Shown: positions 53,772-64,000, numbered from the stretch's first letter. The stretch is DNA of 64,000 bases from an uncultured Gemmataceae bacterium (GCA_963750165.1 CAVVPN010000003.1:1504001-1568000); one strand, 5' to 3'. The notes: a model not told the origin generated them from the letters alone. Numbers and translations are program-made.

Positions 53772-56090
53772 ATGCGTCCGTTCGTCGCGCTGCTCGCCGT
53801 GCTGTCCGCCGCCGCGCCGCTGACCGCTCAGCAGCTGCCGGGCACCAAACCGCTCACCGCCAAGGGCGACCTCGCCGCGGAAATGGTCGCCGGCATTGAC
53901 CGCGACCTTGACAGGCGCCTCACCGCCGCGGTCAAGGAGCGTGAGCAGTTGTGGAAGCTGGATTCTTCCTCGAAGGAGGCGTATGAGAAGTCGCTGCAGC
54001 CGCACCGCGAACGGCTGAAGAAGCTCATCGGCGTGGTGGACGCGCGTGTCAACCCGGTGACGCTGGAGCTGGTCGCCACCACCGACCAGCCGGCGCTAGT
54101 GGCGGAGAAATACAACATTCAGGTGTTTCAGGTGCGCTGGCCGGTGTTGCCGGGCCTGGAGGGCGAGGGGCTGTTGCTGCGGTCGAAGAACCAGGAGCCG
54201 ATCGCCTGCGTGGTGGTCCTGCCCGACGCGGACCAGACACCGGAGATGTACGCCGGCCTGGCGCCGGGGCTGGCGCTCGACGGACAGATCGCCCGCCAAC
54301 TGGCCCTCGACGGCTGCCTGGTGCTGGTGCCGACGTTGATCGACCGCAAGGACACCTGGTCCGGCAACCCGGCCGTGGGTCGCAAGACCAACCAGCCGCA
54401 CCGCGAGTTTATTTACCGCATGGCCTTCGAGATGGGCCGCCACGTCATCGGCTACGAGGTGCAGAAGGTGCTCGCCGCGGTCGATTATTTTAGCCGCGCG
54501 AAGAAGCACCCGCCCATCGGCGTTTACGGTCATGGCGAAGGGGGCCTGATCGCCCTGTACAGCGCCGCCCTCGACCCGCGGATCAAGGCGGCAGCGGTGA
54601 GCGGTTATTTCGACCGCCGCGAGCGGTTGCACACCGAGCCGATTTACCGCAACGTCTGGGGTCTGCTGCGCGAGTTCGGCGACGCGGAGTTGGCGCGAAT
54701 GGTCATGCCGCGTGGCCTGCACATCACCTGCAGCAAGGGGCCGGAAGTGCAGGGGCCGCCGCCGGCCGGCCCGGGTCGCTCCGGCGCCGCCCCGGGCAAG
54801 CTGGTTTCGCCGACCCCCGAGGCCGTGAAGGCGGAGTTGCGCCGGTACGAGAAGACACCGTTTTTCAAGGTGACGGTTTCGGTCCCCAAGGACGGGCAAC
54901 CGGCCGACTGGATGACTTACGCCACGCTGCTGGAGAACCTGCTCCAGCCAAAAAATAAGGTGTTCACGCTCGTGGACATGAAGCAGTGGAGCGAGTCGCG
55001 CAAGGGCTTCGACCCCGCGGCGCGCCAGAAACGCCAGTTCGATCAGCTCGTCACCTTCACGCAAAACCTGCTCCCCGTCGGCGAAGTCAAGCGCCAGCAG
55101 TTGTTCGCGAAGGCCGATTTCTCGACGCCGGCAAAATACAACACCTCCGTGCAGCAGCAGCGCGATTACCTGTGGGACGAGATCATCGGCAAGCTGCCGC
55201 CGTCCGACAAGCCCATGAACGTCCGCACGCGGCTGGTCTACGACGAGCCGAAGTGGAAGGGCTACGAGGTCGTGCTCGACCTGTACGACGACGTGTTTTG
55301 CTACGGCATTCTGCTGGTGCCGAACGACCTCAAGCCCGGCGAGAAGCGGCCGGTGGTCGTGTGTCAGCACGGCCTGGAGGGCCGGCCGACGAACATCTGC
55401 AACCCCAGGGCGAAGACGAAATACTATAACTCGTTCGGCGCCCGGCTGGCGGATCGCGGTTATGTGGTGTTCGCGCCGCAGAACCCGTACATCGGCGGCA
55501 ACCGGTTCCGCGAACTGGACCGCAAGGCCAACCCGCTCAAGCTGTCGCTGTACGCCTACATCGTCCGCCAGCACGAGCGCATCCTCGACTGGCTGGAAAC
55601 GCTGCCGTTCGTGGATCGGCGGCGCATCGCGTTTTACGGCCTGTCCTACGGCGGCAAGGTGGCCATGCGCATCCCCGCCTTGCTGGAGCGCTATTGTTTG
55701 TCGATCTGTTCGGGCGACTTCAACGACTGGGTGTGGAAGTGCATCACGATGCTGTTCATGTCGAGTTATATGTTCACTGGCGAATACGAGATGTACGAGT
55801 TCGACCTGGGCAACACCTTCAACTACGCGGAAATGGCGGCGTTGATCGCGCCGCGGCCATTCATGGTCGAGCGCGGCCATCATGACGGCGTTGGCATCGA
55901 CGAGCGCGTGGCGTATGAATACGCGAAGGTGCGGCGGCACTACGCCCGACTGAAGCTGCCGGAGCGCACCGCCATCGAGTTCTTCGACGGCGGCCATGAA
56001 ATCCGCGGCCAGGGCACGTTCGCGTTCCTGGATCGGCACCTGAACTGGACGCCGCCGGCGCCGAAACAGCCCGTCAAACAGGGGAAGGCC
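53772..56090 (+). CDS. Secreted tandem alpha/beta-hydrolase (dienelactone hydrolase-like)
   Basis: GHGEGG and GLSYGG nucleophile elbows, CQHGLEG, FDGGH; in frame with the following methyltransferase in this assembly. Confidence 0.8.
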
Positions 56091-56699
56091 ATGAGTGACG
56101 ATGCGCGGTTTGACAACTTGAATTGGCAGGAACGTTACCTGACCGGCGACCTGCCGTGGGACACCAATCGCCCGTCGGCGGAACTGCAGCGTGTGCTGCG
56201 CGAGGAGCAGGTGCGGCCGTGCCGTGCCGTCGAACTGGGCTGCGGCACCGGCACCAACAGCGTCTGGCTGGCGCAGCAGGGCTTCGACATGGTGAGTATC
56301 GACCTGGCGCCCGCGGCCATTGAGGCGGCCCGAAAGCGGGCGGACGCCGCGGGGGTGCGTGTCGATTTCCGCGTGGCCGACGTGCTGACCGTCGCTGACC
56401 TGCCGGGGCCGTTCGCGTTCTTCTTCGACCGCGGCTGCTACCACGCGGTACGGCGCCTCGACGCGGCGGGCTACGTGCGGCAACTGGACCGCATCACGGC
56501 TCCGGATGCGGTCGGCCTGGTGCTGACGGGCAACGCCAACGAGAAGCACGATCAGGGACCGCCGGTGGTCAGCGAGGAGGAGATTCGCCGCGAACTGGGC
56601 GAGCGGTTCACCATTGAGCGGCTGCGCGAATTTCGCTTCGACACCAACGCGGGTGATCCGCCGTTCCTGGGCTGGTCGTGCTGGCTGCGGAAAAAATGA
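56091..56699 (+). CDS. Class I SAM methyltransferase (TPMT/TehB-like)
   Basis: W..RY..GDLPWD, ELGCGTG, FDRGCYH, GPP..SEEEI; own ATG and RBS (GGGGAAGG). Confidence 0.85.
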   Translation: MSDDARFDNLNWQERYLTGDLPWDTNRPSAELQRVLREEQVRPCRAVELGCGTGTNSVWLAQQGFDMVSIDLAPAAIEAARKRADAAGVRVDFRVADVLTVADLPGPFAFFFDRGCYHAVRRLDAAGYVRQLDRITAPDAVGLVLTGNANEKHDQGPPVVSEEEIRRELGERFTIERLREFRFDTNAGDPPFLGWSCWLRKK

Positions 56700-56774
56700 G
56701 CCACAGAGGACACAGAGAGGAGCGGGCGTTCCTCTTCGCTTTTCCTCTCGGTGTTCTCTGTGTCCTCTGTGGCT
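56699..56774. repeat. Hairpin between convergent genes
   Basis: AGCCACAGAGGACACAGAGA...TCTCTGTGTCCTCTGTGGCT. Confidence 0.7.
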
Positions 56775-56791
56775 AATCTCTTCAGCTTTCC

Positions 56792-57235
56792 TCACGCCGT
56801 CTCGCGGGCCGGCTGCAGGGCGCGGCCGAGCGGGTCGTAGAACGCCTCGTGCAGCAGGAACACGTCGCTCACGTCCACGCCGAGGATGGACAGCTGGCGG
56901 CGCAACTGCTGGAAGGCGTGCGCCCCCAGTCGCCGGCCGAGCAGGCCGCGCAGATGCTCGGGACACAGGTCCATTTCCACAGCCCGGCCGAGCTGCAACG
57001 GGAAGGTGGCGAAACGCACGGTGCCGACGCAGTTGCAGATGATGCAGCGGCGCTTTTCGGTGCGCTCGATCAGCGGCGCGGCCATGCCGAGGGCCAGCAA
57101 CTCCTGACAGTTTGGACAGTACGGCTTGCCGACGATGCGGTCCCAGGGCCCGGTCGATTCGGCGCAACGGCTACAATCCGCCTCCTGGGCGAACGCTTCC
57201 GGCGGCGCCATCCGAATGCTGTCCATGAGTCCCAT
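56792..57235 (-). CDS. Cys-rich hypothetical protein (putative Zn-binding)
   Basis: CSRC, CPNC, CIIC, CPEH in the C-terminal part of ORF 56792-58708. Confidence 0.7.
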   Translation of the reverse strand: MGLMDSIRMAPPEAFAQEADCSRCAESTGPWDRIVGKPYCPNCQELLALGMAAPLIERTEKRRCIICNCVGTVRFATFPLQLGRAVEMDLCPEHLRGLLGRRLGAHAFQQLRRQLSILGVDVSDVFLLHEAFYDPLGRALQPARETA

Positions 57236-57372
57236 CCCGCGGTTGTGTGTCCCGGTCGCGGCCGCCCGCCGCGGGCGGCATGCTGTCTTCAGACATGATC
57301 GGTTCGCGGCATGAGAATCTTGAGCGGTGATCCGTTGTCCGTGGTCCGTGGCAACTGACGACGGACCACTGC

Positions 57373-58332
57373 TCAGCGCGGCAGCCGCGCCCACTTCTGC
57401 CAGTTGGCGTTGAGCGCGTCCACCAGTTGTGGGGAATTCCAGCCGGCGGCGGCCAGCGCCATGTCGGTCGTCGGCGATTCGACGTTCTCCCGCGGTTGGA
57501 AGCCCAGCACGAACGGCACGAACCGCGTCGTGCGGCCGCTGTACGCCAGGTACTCGATCACGCTGGCCCGCAGCACCGTCGCCTCGTCGGCCAGCAGGTC
57601 GCTGCCGCTCACGTCGCGCACGGTGCGCTTCTTCTGCGCGAGCAGCGCCAGCACTCGCTTGTGCTCGGCGGCGCGCTGCGCCGGCGTCGCGGTCTGCAAC
57701 GTGGTGGCCCGACCGAAGCCGGTCTGCACCCACTCCGGCAGCGTGGCGGTGCCGACCTTGTACGTCAGCGCCGCCGCGGCCATCTGCTCGCCGGCCTGAC
57801 CGTCCACGCTCGGGTCCAGCGCCTCCTCGCCCGGCCCCGCCGCCGCGTGCGGGGTCTCGTTCTTGAGCACGTCGAAGGTGCCCAGTTCGCCCTCCTCCAG
57901 GCGCCGCTTCTCGACGCCGCGCACGAACGTGTTGTAATGGCCCCGCTCTGCGAACAGGTACACCGCCAGCTTGCCCGCCCAGGGATCCTCGCGTTCGAGA
58001 CGCAGCGCCTTGCGGACGTGCTCCAGCTGCTTCTCCAGCGTGGCGCCAACCTCCTTGAGGCTCTTGTTGGGCACGCTGCCGAGCAACAGGAAGTTGGCCG
58101 TTTCGTGGATGTCGGCTTCCTTTTTGTACAGGCGCTTCCAGTTCTGCCGGGCGGTCTCGATCTGCCGCTTCACCAGGGCGCCGCGCGCCACGCCGCGGAC
58201 GCTGCCCTCGATGACCAGTTCGGCAAGCGACGGGATGGGGGCCGGTTTGCCGCCCTGGGCCGCGGCCGCCGGCACCAGGGTCGTGAGGAGCACCAGTGAG
58301 GCCAGGCAACATAGCACGGTGGACGCGCGCAT
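57373..58332 (-). CDS. Secreted hypothetical protein
   Basis: Signal peptide, RBS AGGAG, LPEWVQTGFG segment. Confidence 0.75.
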   Translation of the reverse strand: MRASTVLCCLASLVLLTTLVPAAAAQGGKPAPIPSLAELVIEGSVRGVARGALVKRQIETARQNWKRLYKKEADIHETANFLLLGSVPNKSLKEVGATLEKQLEHVRKALRLEREDPWAGKLAVYLFAERGHYNTFVRGVEKRRLEEGELGTFDVLKNETPHAAAGPGEEALDPSVDGQAGEQMAAAALTYKVGTATLPEWVQTGFGRATTLQTATPAQRAAEHKRVLALLAQKKRTVRDVSGSDLLADEATVLRASVIEYLAYSGRTTRFVPFVLGFQPRENVESPTTDMALAAAGWNSPQLVDALNANWQKWARLPR

Positions 58333-58502
58333 AACGGGTTCTCCTTGCTCGGTGGGCGAACGCCGCAATTATAGCGGACGCGGCGGGGCCGTGCCGTGGA
58401 GAAAATGTCGTCTTGTGCGGCGGCGGGCGCTTGGGCCATAGTAACGGGAACGTCAGGACGGCGGCCGCGGTTGCCGCCATACTCTTTTCCCGGAGGTTTC
58501 GC

Positions 58503-59051
58503 ATGTTGCGACAGACGGCGGACAACCGAGGCGGGCGGCTGGCGCTGGCGCTGCTGGGATTGGGCGCGCTTTCGGCGGCGGCGCTGGCGGGCGACCTGGC
58601 GCCGACGCAGGGCGGCAAGGGCGCCAGGACCGAAACGAAGGTGACGGCCAGAGCCGAGAAGCCGGGGGCCGACGGCAAGCAAAAAGTGGTCGTGGTGCTG
58701 GAGATCAACGCCGGCTGGCACGCCTACGCCAACCCGGTCGGCAATGAAGGCATCGCTCAGGCCAAAACGGTCGTCACGGTCACCGCCGGGGCCAAGCCCC
58801 AGAGTGTGAAGGTGGAATACCCCGTCGGCAAGCTCAAAAAGGACAAACTCGTGGGGGATTACCGTTATTACGATGGCAAGGTGGAGATTCCGGTGACGGT
58901 GCAGCGCGCCAAGGGCGACACCAGTCCCCTTGAGGTGTCCGTCAAGTACTCGACCTGCAATTTCAAAACCGAGCAATGCCTGCCGGTCGAACAGGTCAAG
59001 GGACAGTGCCCGCCCGCCGAAACGGTCTTGCTCAAGCCGAGCAAATCGTGA
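58503..59051 (+). CDS. DsbD N-terminal-domain-like secreted protein (copy 1)
   Basis: GWHAYANP, VEYPVG, C-terminal CNFKTEQC. Confidence 0.8.
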   Translation: MLRQTADNRGGRLALALLGLGALSAAALAGDLAPTQGGKGARTETKVTARAEKPGADGKQKVVVVLEINAGWHAYANPVGNEGIAQAKTVVTVTAGAKPQSVKVEYPVGKLKKDKLVGDYRYYDGKVEIPVTVQRAKGDTSPLEVSVKYSTCNFKTEQCLPVEQVKGQCPPAETVLLKPSKS

Positions 59052-59075
59052 GCACCGGGGACTGGCACCCTGCTA

Positions 59076-59120
59076 ACCCCGTTTACGTTTCGCGCTCAGT
59101 GCGCGAAACGTAAACGGGGT
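59076..59120. repeat. Palindrome family CCCGTTTACGTTTCGCGC
   Basis: Arms identical to 38694-38741. Confidence 0.85.
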
Positions 59121-59426
59121 AGTTTGGTCAGCAAGTTTTGAGGGTTGTGGGTAGGGAATCTGCGCATCCCCTGGGGCAATCAAGGGGGTCTGTGAAATGA
59201 AACGAAACCATCCCTGGCACCTGTCCTCATTATACCGCCCAGCCCGCTCCCGGGGAACGGCCCTGCGTCACCGACCCGGGCCCTGACCTCCAGGAGATCA
59301 CGGCCGCGCCGGGCCGCCGTTGGTAAAATGGTCGGCGATGAATCAACCGACCCTCGGCAAACGTCCACGGAATAGACGGGGCCGGCCGATTGTGGCCGCC
59401 CCAGCCATTTTCAGGAGGATCGCAGC

Positions 59427-59930
59427 ATGCGACAGATAAGCAAGTACCTCGGCCGGGCGGCGCTGGCGCTGGTGGCGCTGGCGGCGGTCGCGACCGCCGC
59501 GACCGCCGCGCTGACCACGGCGGAGGCGGGCGGCAAGAAGACCAAGTCCGAGGCCAAGCTAAGCGTCAAGGCGGACAAGCCCAGCCCGGACGGCAAGCAG
59601 AAAATCGTGGTGACGATGGAGGTGAACCCCGGCTGGTACGCTTACGCCAACCCGGTCGGCCTGGAGGACTTCAAGAACAACGCCACGGTCATCAAGGTCA
59701 TCGGCAACGCCAAGGTCCAGAACGTCGCGATCACGTATCCGCCGGGCAAGCTCAAGAAGGACGCCATCGTCGGCGACTACCACATTTACGAGGGCAAGGT
59801 CGAAATCCCGATGACGCTGCAGCGCGTCAAGGGCGACACCGGTTCGCTGGAGCTGTCGGTGCGCTTCATGACGTGCAACGTCAAGGGCCTGTGCCTGGCG
59901 CCCGAAACCGTCAAGCTCACCGTGCCGTGA
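59427..59930 (+). CDS. DsbD N-terminal-domain-like secreted protein (copy 2)
   Basis: GWYAYANP, ITYPPG, CNVKGLC; clear paralog of 58503-59051. Confidence 0.82.
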   Translation: MRQISKYLGRAALALVALAAVATAATAALTTAEAGGKKTKSEAKLSVKADKPSPDGKQKIVVTMEVNPGWYAYANPVGLEDFKNNATVIKVIGNAKVQNVAITYPPGKLKKDAIVGDYHIYEGKVEIPMTLQRVKGDTGSLELSVRFMTCNVKGLCLAPETVKLTVP

Positions 59931-59952
59931 GTGGGTGACGCCTCACCGTTCT

Positions 59953-60020
59953 TTCTGCCGCTTGCGGCTTGGCGGGGAGCGCCATCGATAGCGCTCCCCG
60001 CCAAGCCGCAAGCGGCAGAA
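59953..60020. repeat. REP-like hairpin
   Basis: TTCTGCCGCTTGCGGCTTGGCGGGGAGCGC...GCGCTCCCCGCCAAGCCGCAAGCGGCAGAA. Confidence 0.8.
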
Positions 60021-60050
60021 TCCATCTCCACCACCCACCGAGGAACCCCC

Positions 60051-62030
60051 ATGACCGGATCGCCGCGCCGCCTGTCCCTGGCAGGCCTGGCCTTGTTGAC
60101 GCTGTGCCTGACCTGGCTGGCCCCCGCGGGCGACGGCCTGGCCGATCCCGCGCAGGACAAGCCCGGCCCGAAGCCGAAATTCACCAACCGCCTCGCGAAA
60201 GAAACCAGCCCCTACCTGCTCATGCACGCCCACAACCCGGTGGACTGGTATCCCTGGGGCGAGGAGGCGTTCGCCAAGGCGAAGAAGGAGGGCAAGCTCG
60301 TCTTCCTGTCGGTGGGCTACAGCTCCTGTTACTGGTGCCACGTCATGGAGCGCGAGTCGTTCCAGAACGAGGCGGTGGCGGCGCTGCTCAACAAGCATTT
60401 CGTGTGCATCAAGGTCGATCGCGAGGAGCGGCCGGACGTCGATCACATTTACATGACGGCCCTGAACCTCATCCAGAAAGGCCGCGGCGGCTGGCCGATG
60501 TCGATGTTCCTGCTGCCCGACGGCAAGCCGTTCTTCGGCGGCACCTACTGGCCGCGCGAAGACCAGAAGGTCGATGGCGAGGAGTACAGCGGCTTCAAAA
60601 GCATCGTCAAGATCGTCCACGAGGTGTACACGGACCAGAAGGAAAAAGTGCTCAAGCAAGCGGACACCGTTGCTCAGCGCACGGCGGAGGCACTGGAGGG
60701 GCCGCCCGGTGTGGCGCTGGTCGCCCTGGACCGCAAGCTGATCGAGCCCGCCATCGACACGCTGAAGGAAAGTTTCGACGACGTACACGGTGGCTTCGGT
60801 GCGCAGAAGGGGTCGCGATTCCCAACGCCGAGCCGGCTGGATCTGGTGCTGCGCGAAGCCGTCCGCACCAAATCGAATAAGCTGCTCGGCATGGTGACGC
60901 TGACGCTGGACAAGATGGCGCAGGGCGGCATGTACGACCAGCTCGGCGGCGGCTTCCACCGTTACAGCACCGAGCGCACCTGGACCGTCCCGCACTTCGA
61001 GAAGATGCTGTACGACAACAGCCAACTGGTCGAGGTGTACGCCCTGGCGTACCGCCACACGAAAAGTCCGCTCTACCGCCGTGTCGTCGCCGAGACGCTG
61101 GCGTATGTGCAGCGCGAGATGATGTCGGCGGAGTTCGGCATTTACTCGTCGCAGGACGCGGAAACGCACCATGAGGAGGGCCGCTCCTACGTGTGGACCG
61201 ACAAGGAACTGGACGCGGCACTGCCGGACAAGCTGGACAATCAATTCGCCCGCAAATACTTCGGGGCGGATGGCAAACCGAACTTCGAGGAAAAGTATCA
61301 CATTCTGACGCAGCGGCGGCCGCTGGCGGAGGTGGCGAAGGAGCTGAAGCTGGCGCCGGCCGAGGCGGAAAAGCGGTTGACGGCCGTGAAGGGCAAGCTG
61401 TTCGCGGAGCGTTCGAAGCGCGACCAGCCGTTCCTGAACAAGATCATGCTGACGGGCTGGAGCGGTCTGATGATCGGCGGCTTCGCGGAGGCGGCCCAAT
61501 CGCTGAAGGAGCCGAAGTACGCGGCGGTGGCGGCGAAGGCGGCGGACTTCGTGCTGAAGCACCAGCGCACCGCCGACGGCCGGCTGCTGCGAACCTACGG
61601 GGCGGCGCCGGGCAAGAAGCCGAAGGCGGCAGGGCCGGCATACCTGGAGGATTATGCGTACCTGGTCCACGGCCTACTGAACCTGCACGACGCGACCGGC
61701 GAGCAGCGCTGGTTGACGGAGGCGCAGAAGCTGACGGACGTGATGATGAAGCACCACGGCGACGCGAAGCGCGGCGGCTATTACTTCACGGCGAACGACC
61801 ACGAGAAGCTGTTCGCGCGGCACAAGGACCAGTACGACGGGGCGACGCCGAGCGGCAACAGCGTGGCGGTGCGCAACCTGGTGCGGCTGTGGGTGAAGAC
61901 GGGCGAGCAGCGGTATCGGGATGAGGCGGAGAGGGATTTCCAGGCGTTCGCGCTGGAGATGCGGCAGCACCCCACCGGCCTGACCGCCATGCTGCAGGCG
62001 CTGGAACTGTACATCGAAACCAAGAAATAA
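60051..62030 (+). CDS. Thioredoxin-domain YyaL/SSP411 (SPATA20-like) protein with signal peptide
   Basis: [62 protein letters not shown]. Confidence 0.93.
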   Translation: MTGSPRRLSLAGLALLTLCLTWLAPAGDGLADPAQDKPGPKPKFTNRLAKETSPYLLMHAHNPVDWYPWGEEAFAKAKKEGKLVFLSVGYSSCYWCHVMERESFQNEAVAALLNKHFVCIKVDREERPDVDHIYMTALNLIQKGRGGWPMSMFLLPDGKPFFGGTYWPREDQKVDGEEYSGFKSIVKIVHEVYTDQKEKVLKQADTVAQRTAEALEGPPGVALVALDRKLIEPAIDTLKESFDDVHGGFGAQKGSRFPTPSRLDLVLREAVRTKSNKLLGMVTLTLDKMAQGGMYDQLGGGFHRYSTERTWTVPHFEKMLYDNSQLVEVYALAYRHTKSPLYRRVVAETLAYVQREMMSAEFGIYSSQDAETHHEEGRSYVWTDKELDAALPDKLDNQFARKYFGADGKPNFEEKYHILTQRRPLAEVAKELKLAPAEAEKRLTAVKGKLFAERSKRDQPFLNKIMLTGWSGLMIGGFAEAAQSLKEPKYAAVAAKAADFVLKHQRTADGRLLRTYGAAPGKKPKAAGPAYLEDYAYLVHGLLNLHDATGEQRWLTEAQKLTDVMMKHHGDAKRGGYYFTANDHEKLFARHKDQYDGATPSGNSVAVRNLVRLWVKTGEQRYRDEAERDFQAFALEMRQHPTGLTAMLQALELYIETKK

Positions 62031-62077
62031 TTTCACCACGGAGCACGCTCTCCGCGTGCTCCGTGGTGAAATTTATT
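62027..62077. terminator. Hairpin between convergent genes, possible bidirectional terminator
   Basis: AATTTCACCACGGAGCACGC...GCGTGCTCCGTGGTGAAATT. Confidence 0.6.
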
Positions 62078-62531
62078 TTTCCAGCTCCGGATTCAGCTTC
62101 AAGAACTCCTCCGCCCAGCGGTAGTGGTCGAGCAACCCCTCCGTGGACCGGCCGAGCAGGTGGTACGCCACCACCAGCGCCTCGACCGACGCCAGGCCGT
62201 TGTCGGGGTCGGTGCCGAGCTTCGACACCCGCGGGTAGGCCGTGCGCCAGCCGTGCAGCGACCGCGGCGGCACGTCCACGAAGTCGCGCGTCATGGCGGA
62301 CGCCCAGCGCCAGCTGCCGTCCAGCAACAGCAGTCCGCAGGCGGCGTCCGCGTCAGACAGCGGCGGCCCGTCCGCGGCCAGGCGCACGTAGCCGTCCAGC
62401 GGCGGCCGCTGCCGAACCGGGTACGGCACCAACTCCACATCCGGGCGGCCTCGGAGCGGCAGGACGGTACACTTCTTCGGGTTCTCCTTGCGGTGCCGGA
62501 CGATCAGCGTGCGCGGGTAGATGGTGTCCAT
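62073..62531 (-). CDS. Tsr3-like (DUF367/TDD superfamily) aminocarboxypropyltransferase
   Basis: ENPKKCT, LLDGSW, RSL...TAYP, LASVEAL and YRWAEEFLKLN match Tsr3 motifs. Confidence 0.75.
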   Translation of the reverse strand: MDTIYPRTLIVRHRKENPKKCTVLPLRGRPDVELVPYPVRQRPPLDGYVRLAADGPPLSDADAACGLLLLDGSWRWASAMTRDFVDVPPRSLHGWRTAYPRVSKLGTDPDNGLASVEALVVAYHLLGRSTEGLLDHYRWAEEFLKLNPELEK

Positions 62532-62644
62532 GCGGGTATTGTAACTGCTGTGCCGGCACCGGGCAGGTTGCTCGGCGGCCGTTCCGCTCCTACCATTTGA
62601 GTAGAGGCCAAGACGTTCGCCCCTGAAATCGGAGGGTTCGGGTC

Positions 62645-62884
62645 ATGAATGTGGAACTCAAATACTGCTCGATGTGAAACTACGAGCCACAAGCCCTCAG
62701 TCTGACGGGCAAGCTGCTGACGACGTACAAGCAGAAGATCAAGGACCTCAAATTGGTCCCCACCGGCGGCGGCGCCTTCGAGTTGAGCCTCGACGGCGAG
62801 TTGGTGTACTCCAAGCTCAAGACCGGTAAGTTCCCGGACGAGAAGGCCATGCTCGACGTGGTCGGTGAACGACTGAACAAGTGA
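62645..62884 (+). CDS. Rdx (SelW/SelT/SelH) family selenoprotein, CxxU, 79 aa
   Basis: MNVELKYCSM-TGA(62675-62677)-NYEPQALSL...PTGGGAFELSLDGELVYSKLKTGKFPD; RBS GGAGG; absent from the ORF track. Confidence 0.92.
62693..62710 (+). promoter_or_regulatory. Putative bacterial SECIS hairpin
   Basis: GCCCTCAGTCTGACGGGC stem-loop with an apical G-T, starting about 15 nt after the in-frame TGA. Confidence 0.6.
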
Positions 62885-62886
62885 GA

Positions 62887-63132
62887 ATGACCTTATGCGT
62901 GTCCGGGGCCGTCGCACGGCGGTCCCGGACACGCGCTTTTGCAGGGGTCGCCGTGTTGTGCGCTACTTCGGCAACAGCCTGGAGCTGCTCAAGAACCACC
63001 CGCGCATCATCCCGGAGGTGTACCCGCTGGCGCACCTGGCGATGGCGCACTACTGGTCATTTACAAGAACCTGGCGGTGGGCATCGGCGAGAAGCTGAAG
63101 CGGCTGGATCGGTCGCTGGTCAGCCAGGGGTG
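62887..63132 (+). pseudogene. Degenerate gene fragment (possibly the C-terminus of a cNMP-binding protein)
   Basis: ...LELLKNHP...AHYW / IYKNLAVGIGEKLKRLD split across frames; no convincing N-terminus. Confidence 0.35.
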
Positions 63133-63605
63133 AGCGGGGGGCGACCGTCTTTTCCCGGGGGCACCAGCGTGGACAGCACGTTCAGGTGAGGGCCGGTGGG
63201 CCGCCAGGTTAATTCGTAATCGATGATGGACCGCTGGATGTCCGCGAAGAGGGCCAGTTTCCTGCGGATCAGTTCCATAAGGATGGTGTGCAGGTCCGCG
63301 CGGACCTCGGCGGGGGCCGACTGCAGGGTTTGCTCGATAAACTCCTCGCGCTCGCCTTCCGGCAGGAGGGCCGCGTTCCAGGCGATGACGGCCACGCCGA
63401 GCAACTTGTTGAGGTCCTCCTCCGTTTGCCATTGCCCCTTAAAAGGCTCGATGAACTCCTCGAGCACTTCAGACATCTTGAGTTCGCCGGGCGGCGTGTG
63501 AATGACCAGGGTGTCGCCGGGAAGCCCTTGCGTCAGGCGGCGGCGCTTGCGAAGCCGCTCCTTTCGCTGGTGTTCGCGCTTTTCTTTCTTTTTGCGAGAG
63601 GCCAT
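63120..63605 (-). CDS. Hypothetical protein
   Basis: Basic N-terminus, KMSEVLEEFIEPF...AVIAWNAALLP...RRK..LFAD..R.IIDYEL. Confidence 0.75.
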   Translation of the reverse strand: MASRKKKEKREHQRKERLRKRRRLTQGLPGDTLVIHTPPGELKMSEVLEEFIEPFKGQWQTEEDLNKLLGVAVIAWNAALLPEGEREEFIEQTLQSAPAEVRADLHTILMELIRRKLALFADIQRSIIDYELTWRPTGPHLNVLSTLVPPGKDGRPPLTPG

Positions 63606-63774
63606 GATTGCGGCTCCGTGGGCGACAGCCAACGCGAACCTCTGGTTTTCGCTCCCCATGTCATTTTACCCCTGCGCGGGTCTTCTTCAATCTTCTTTCA
63701 ACCTGCGGTAGAATGCCTTCGGCCGATGGAAACTCGATATCTCTTCCCTGATGACCCCGCACGGAGCTTTGGCG

Positions 63775-64000
63775 ATGAGCAAGATCATCCTGGACACGGA
63801 ACTGAAAGCCCGGTTGAATGGCCTGGACCAGCCCCTGGAATTCTGTGACGCGGACGGGCGAACGCTGGGCCATTTTGTGCCGGTGGACGAGTTTTGGAAA
63901 CTGATGTACGCGCTCGCGGAAGCGGCCTGCCCGCACTCGGAAGCAGAACTCCAGCGCATGCAGGAAGAAAAAGGCGGCGTGCCGCTGGCTGAAATCTGGA
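63775..64000 (+). CDS. Small planctomycete-type putative antitoxin (runs off the window end)
   Basis: MSKIILDTELKARLNGLDQPLEFCDADGRTLGHFVP...SEAELQR...GGVPLAEIW; RBS GGAG; not in the ORF track. Confidence 0.7.
   Translation, partial: MSKIILDTELKARLNGLDQPLEFCDADGRTLGHFVPVDEFWKLMYALAEAACPHSEAELQRMQEEKGGVPLAEIW

Noticed and set aside
53772..56699. Genuine hydrolase-methyltransferase fusion
   Set aside because: The methyltransferase has its own RBS and an ATGA that would be a stop/start overlap after a one-base correction; a secreted hydrolase fused to a SAM enzyme is unlikely and indels are frequent here
59928..60050. TGA read-through fusing DsbD-N copy 2 to YyaL
   Set aside because: The frame stays open, but the intervening DNA is a REP hairpin, there is no redox-motif context, and YyaL has its own RBS and signal peptide

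Overview
High-GC bacterial chromosomal window. Gene content (DUF4058, a DUF1559 remnant, WD40 and LRR proteins, an H4MPT formyltransferase, a second SecA, an 'LADALEEAGC'-type protein) points to a planctomycete, probably Gemmataceae-like; this is an inference. Recognisable genes: a histidine kinase with a sigma54 response regulator, fhcD/ftr, LysR-gltB-gltD, an oxidoreductase-SelD fusion, prfB with its programmed +1 frameshift, tsaE, a secA paralog, an nfeD-nfeD-floA operon, trpBA, a Ser/Thr kinase, two DsbD-N-like proteins with YyaL, and a Tsr3-like protein. About ten genes carry apparent single-base frameshifts, most likely long-read indel errors. Features absent from the ORF track: (1) a CxxU Rdx/SelW selenoprotein with a SECIS-like hairpin (62645-62884); (2) a candidate sigma54-driven small RNA with two hairpins presenting identical GGGAGAG loops, upstream of the secA paralog (37333-37517); (3) a MITE-like family with conserved ends and different REP cargo (3 copies); (4) a low-GC three-gene module encoding a stand-alone sigma-region-4-like protein; (5) a primase-polymerase with altered catalytic motifs. 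Many REP-like palindromes fill the intergenic spaces. No rRNA, tRNA or CRISPR array was seen. All family assignments come from motif recognition by eye, not database searches.
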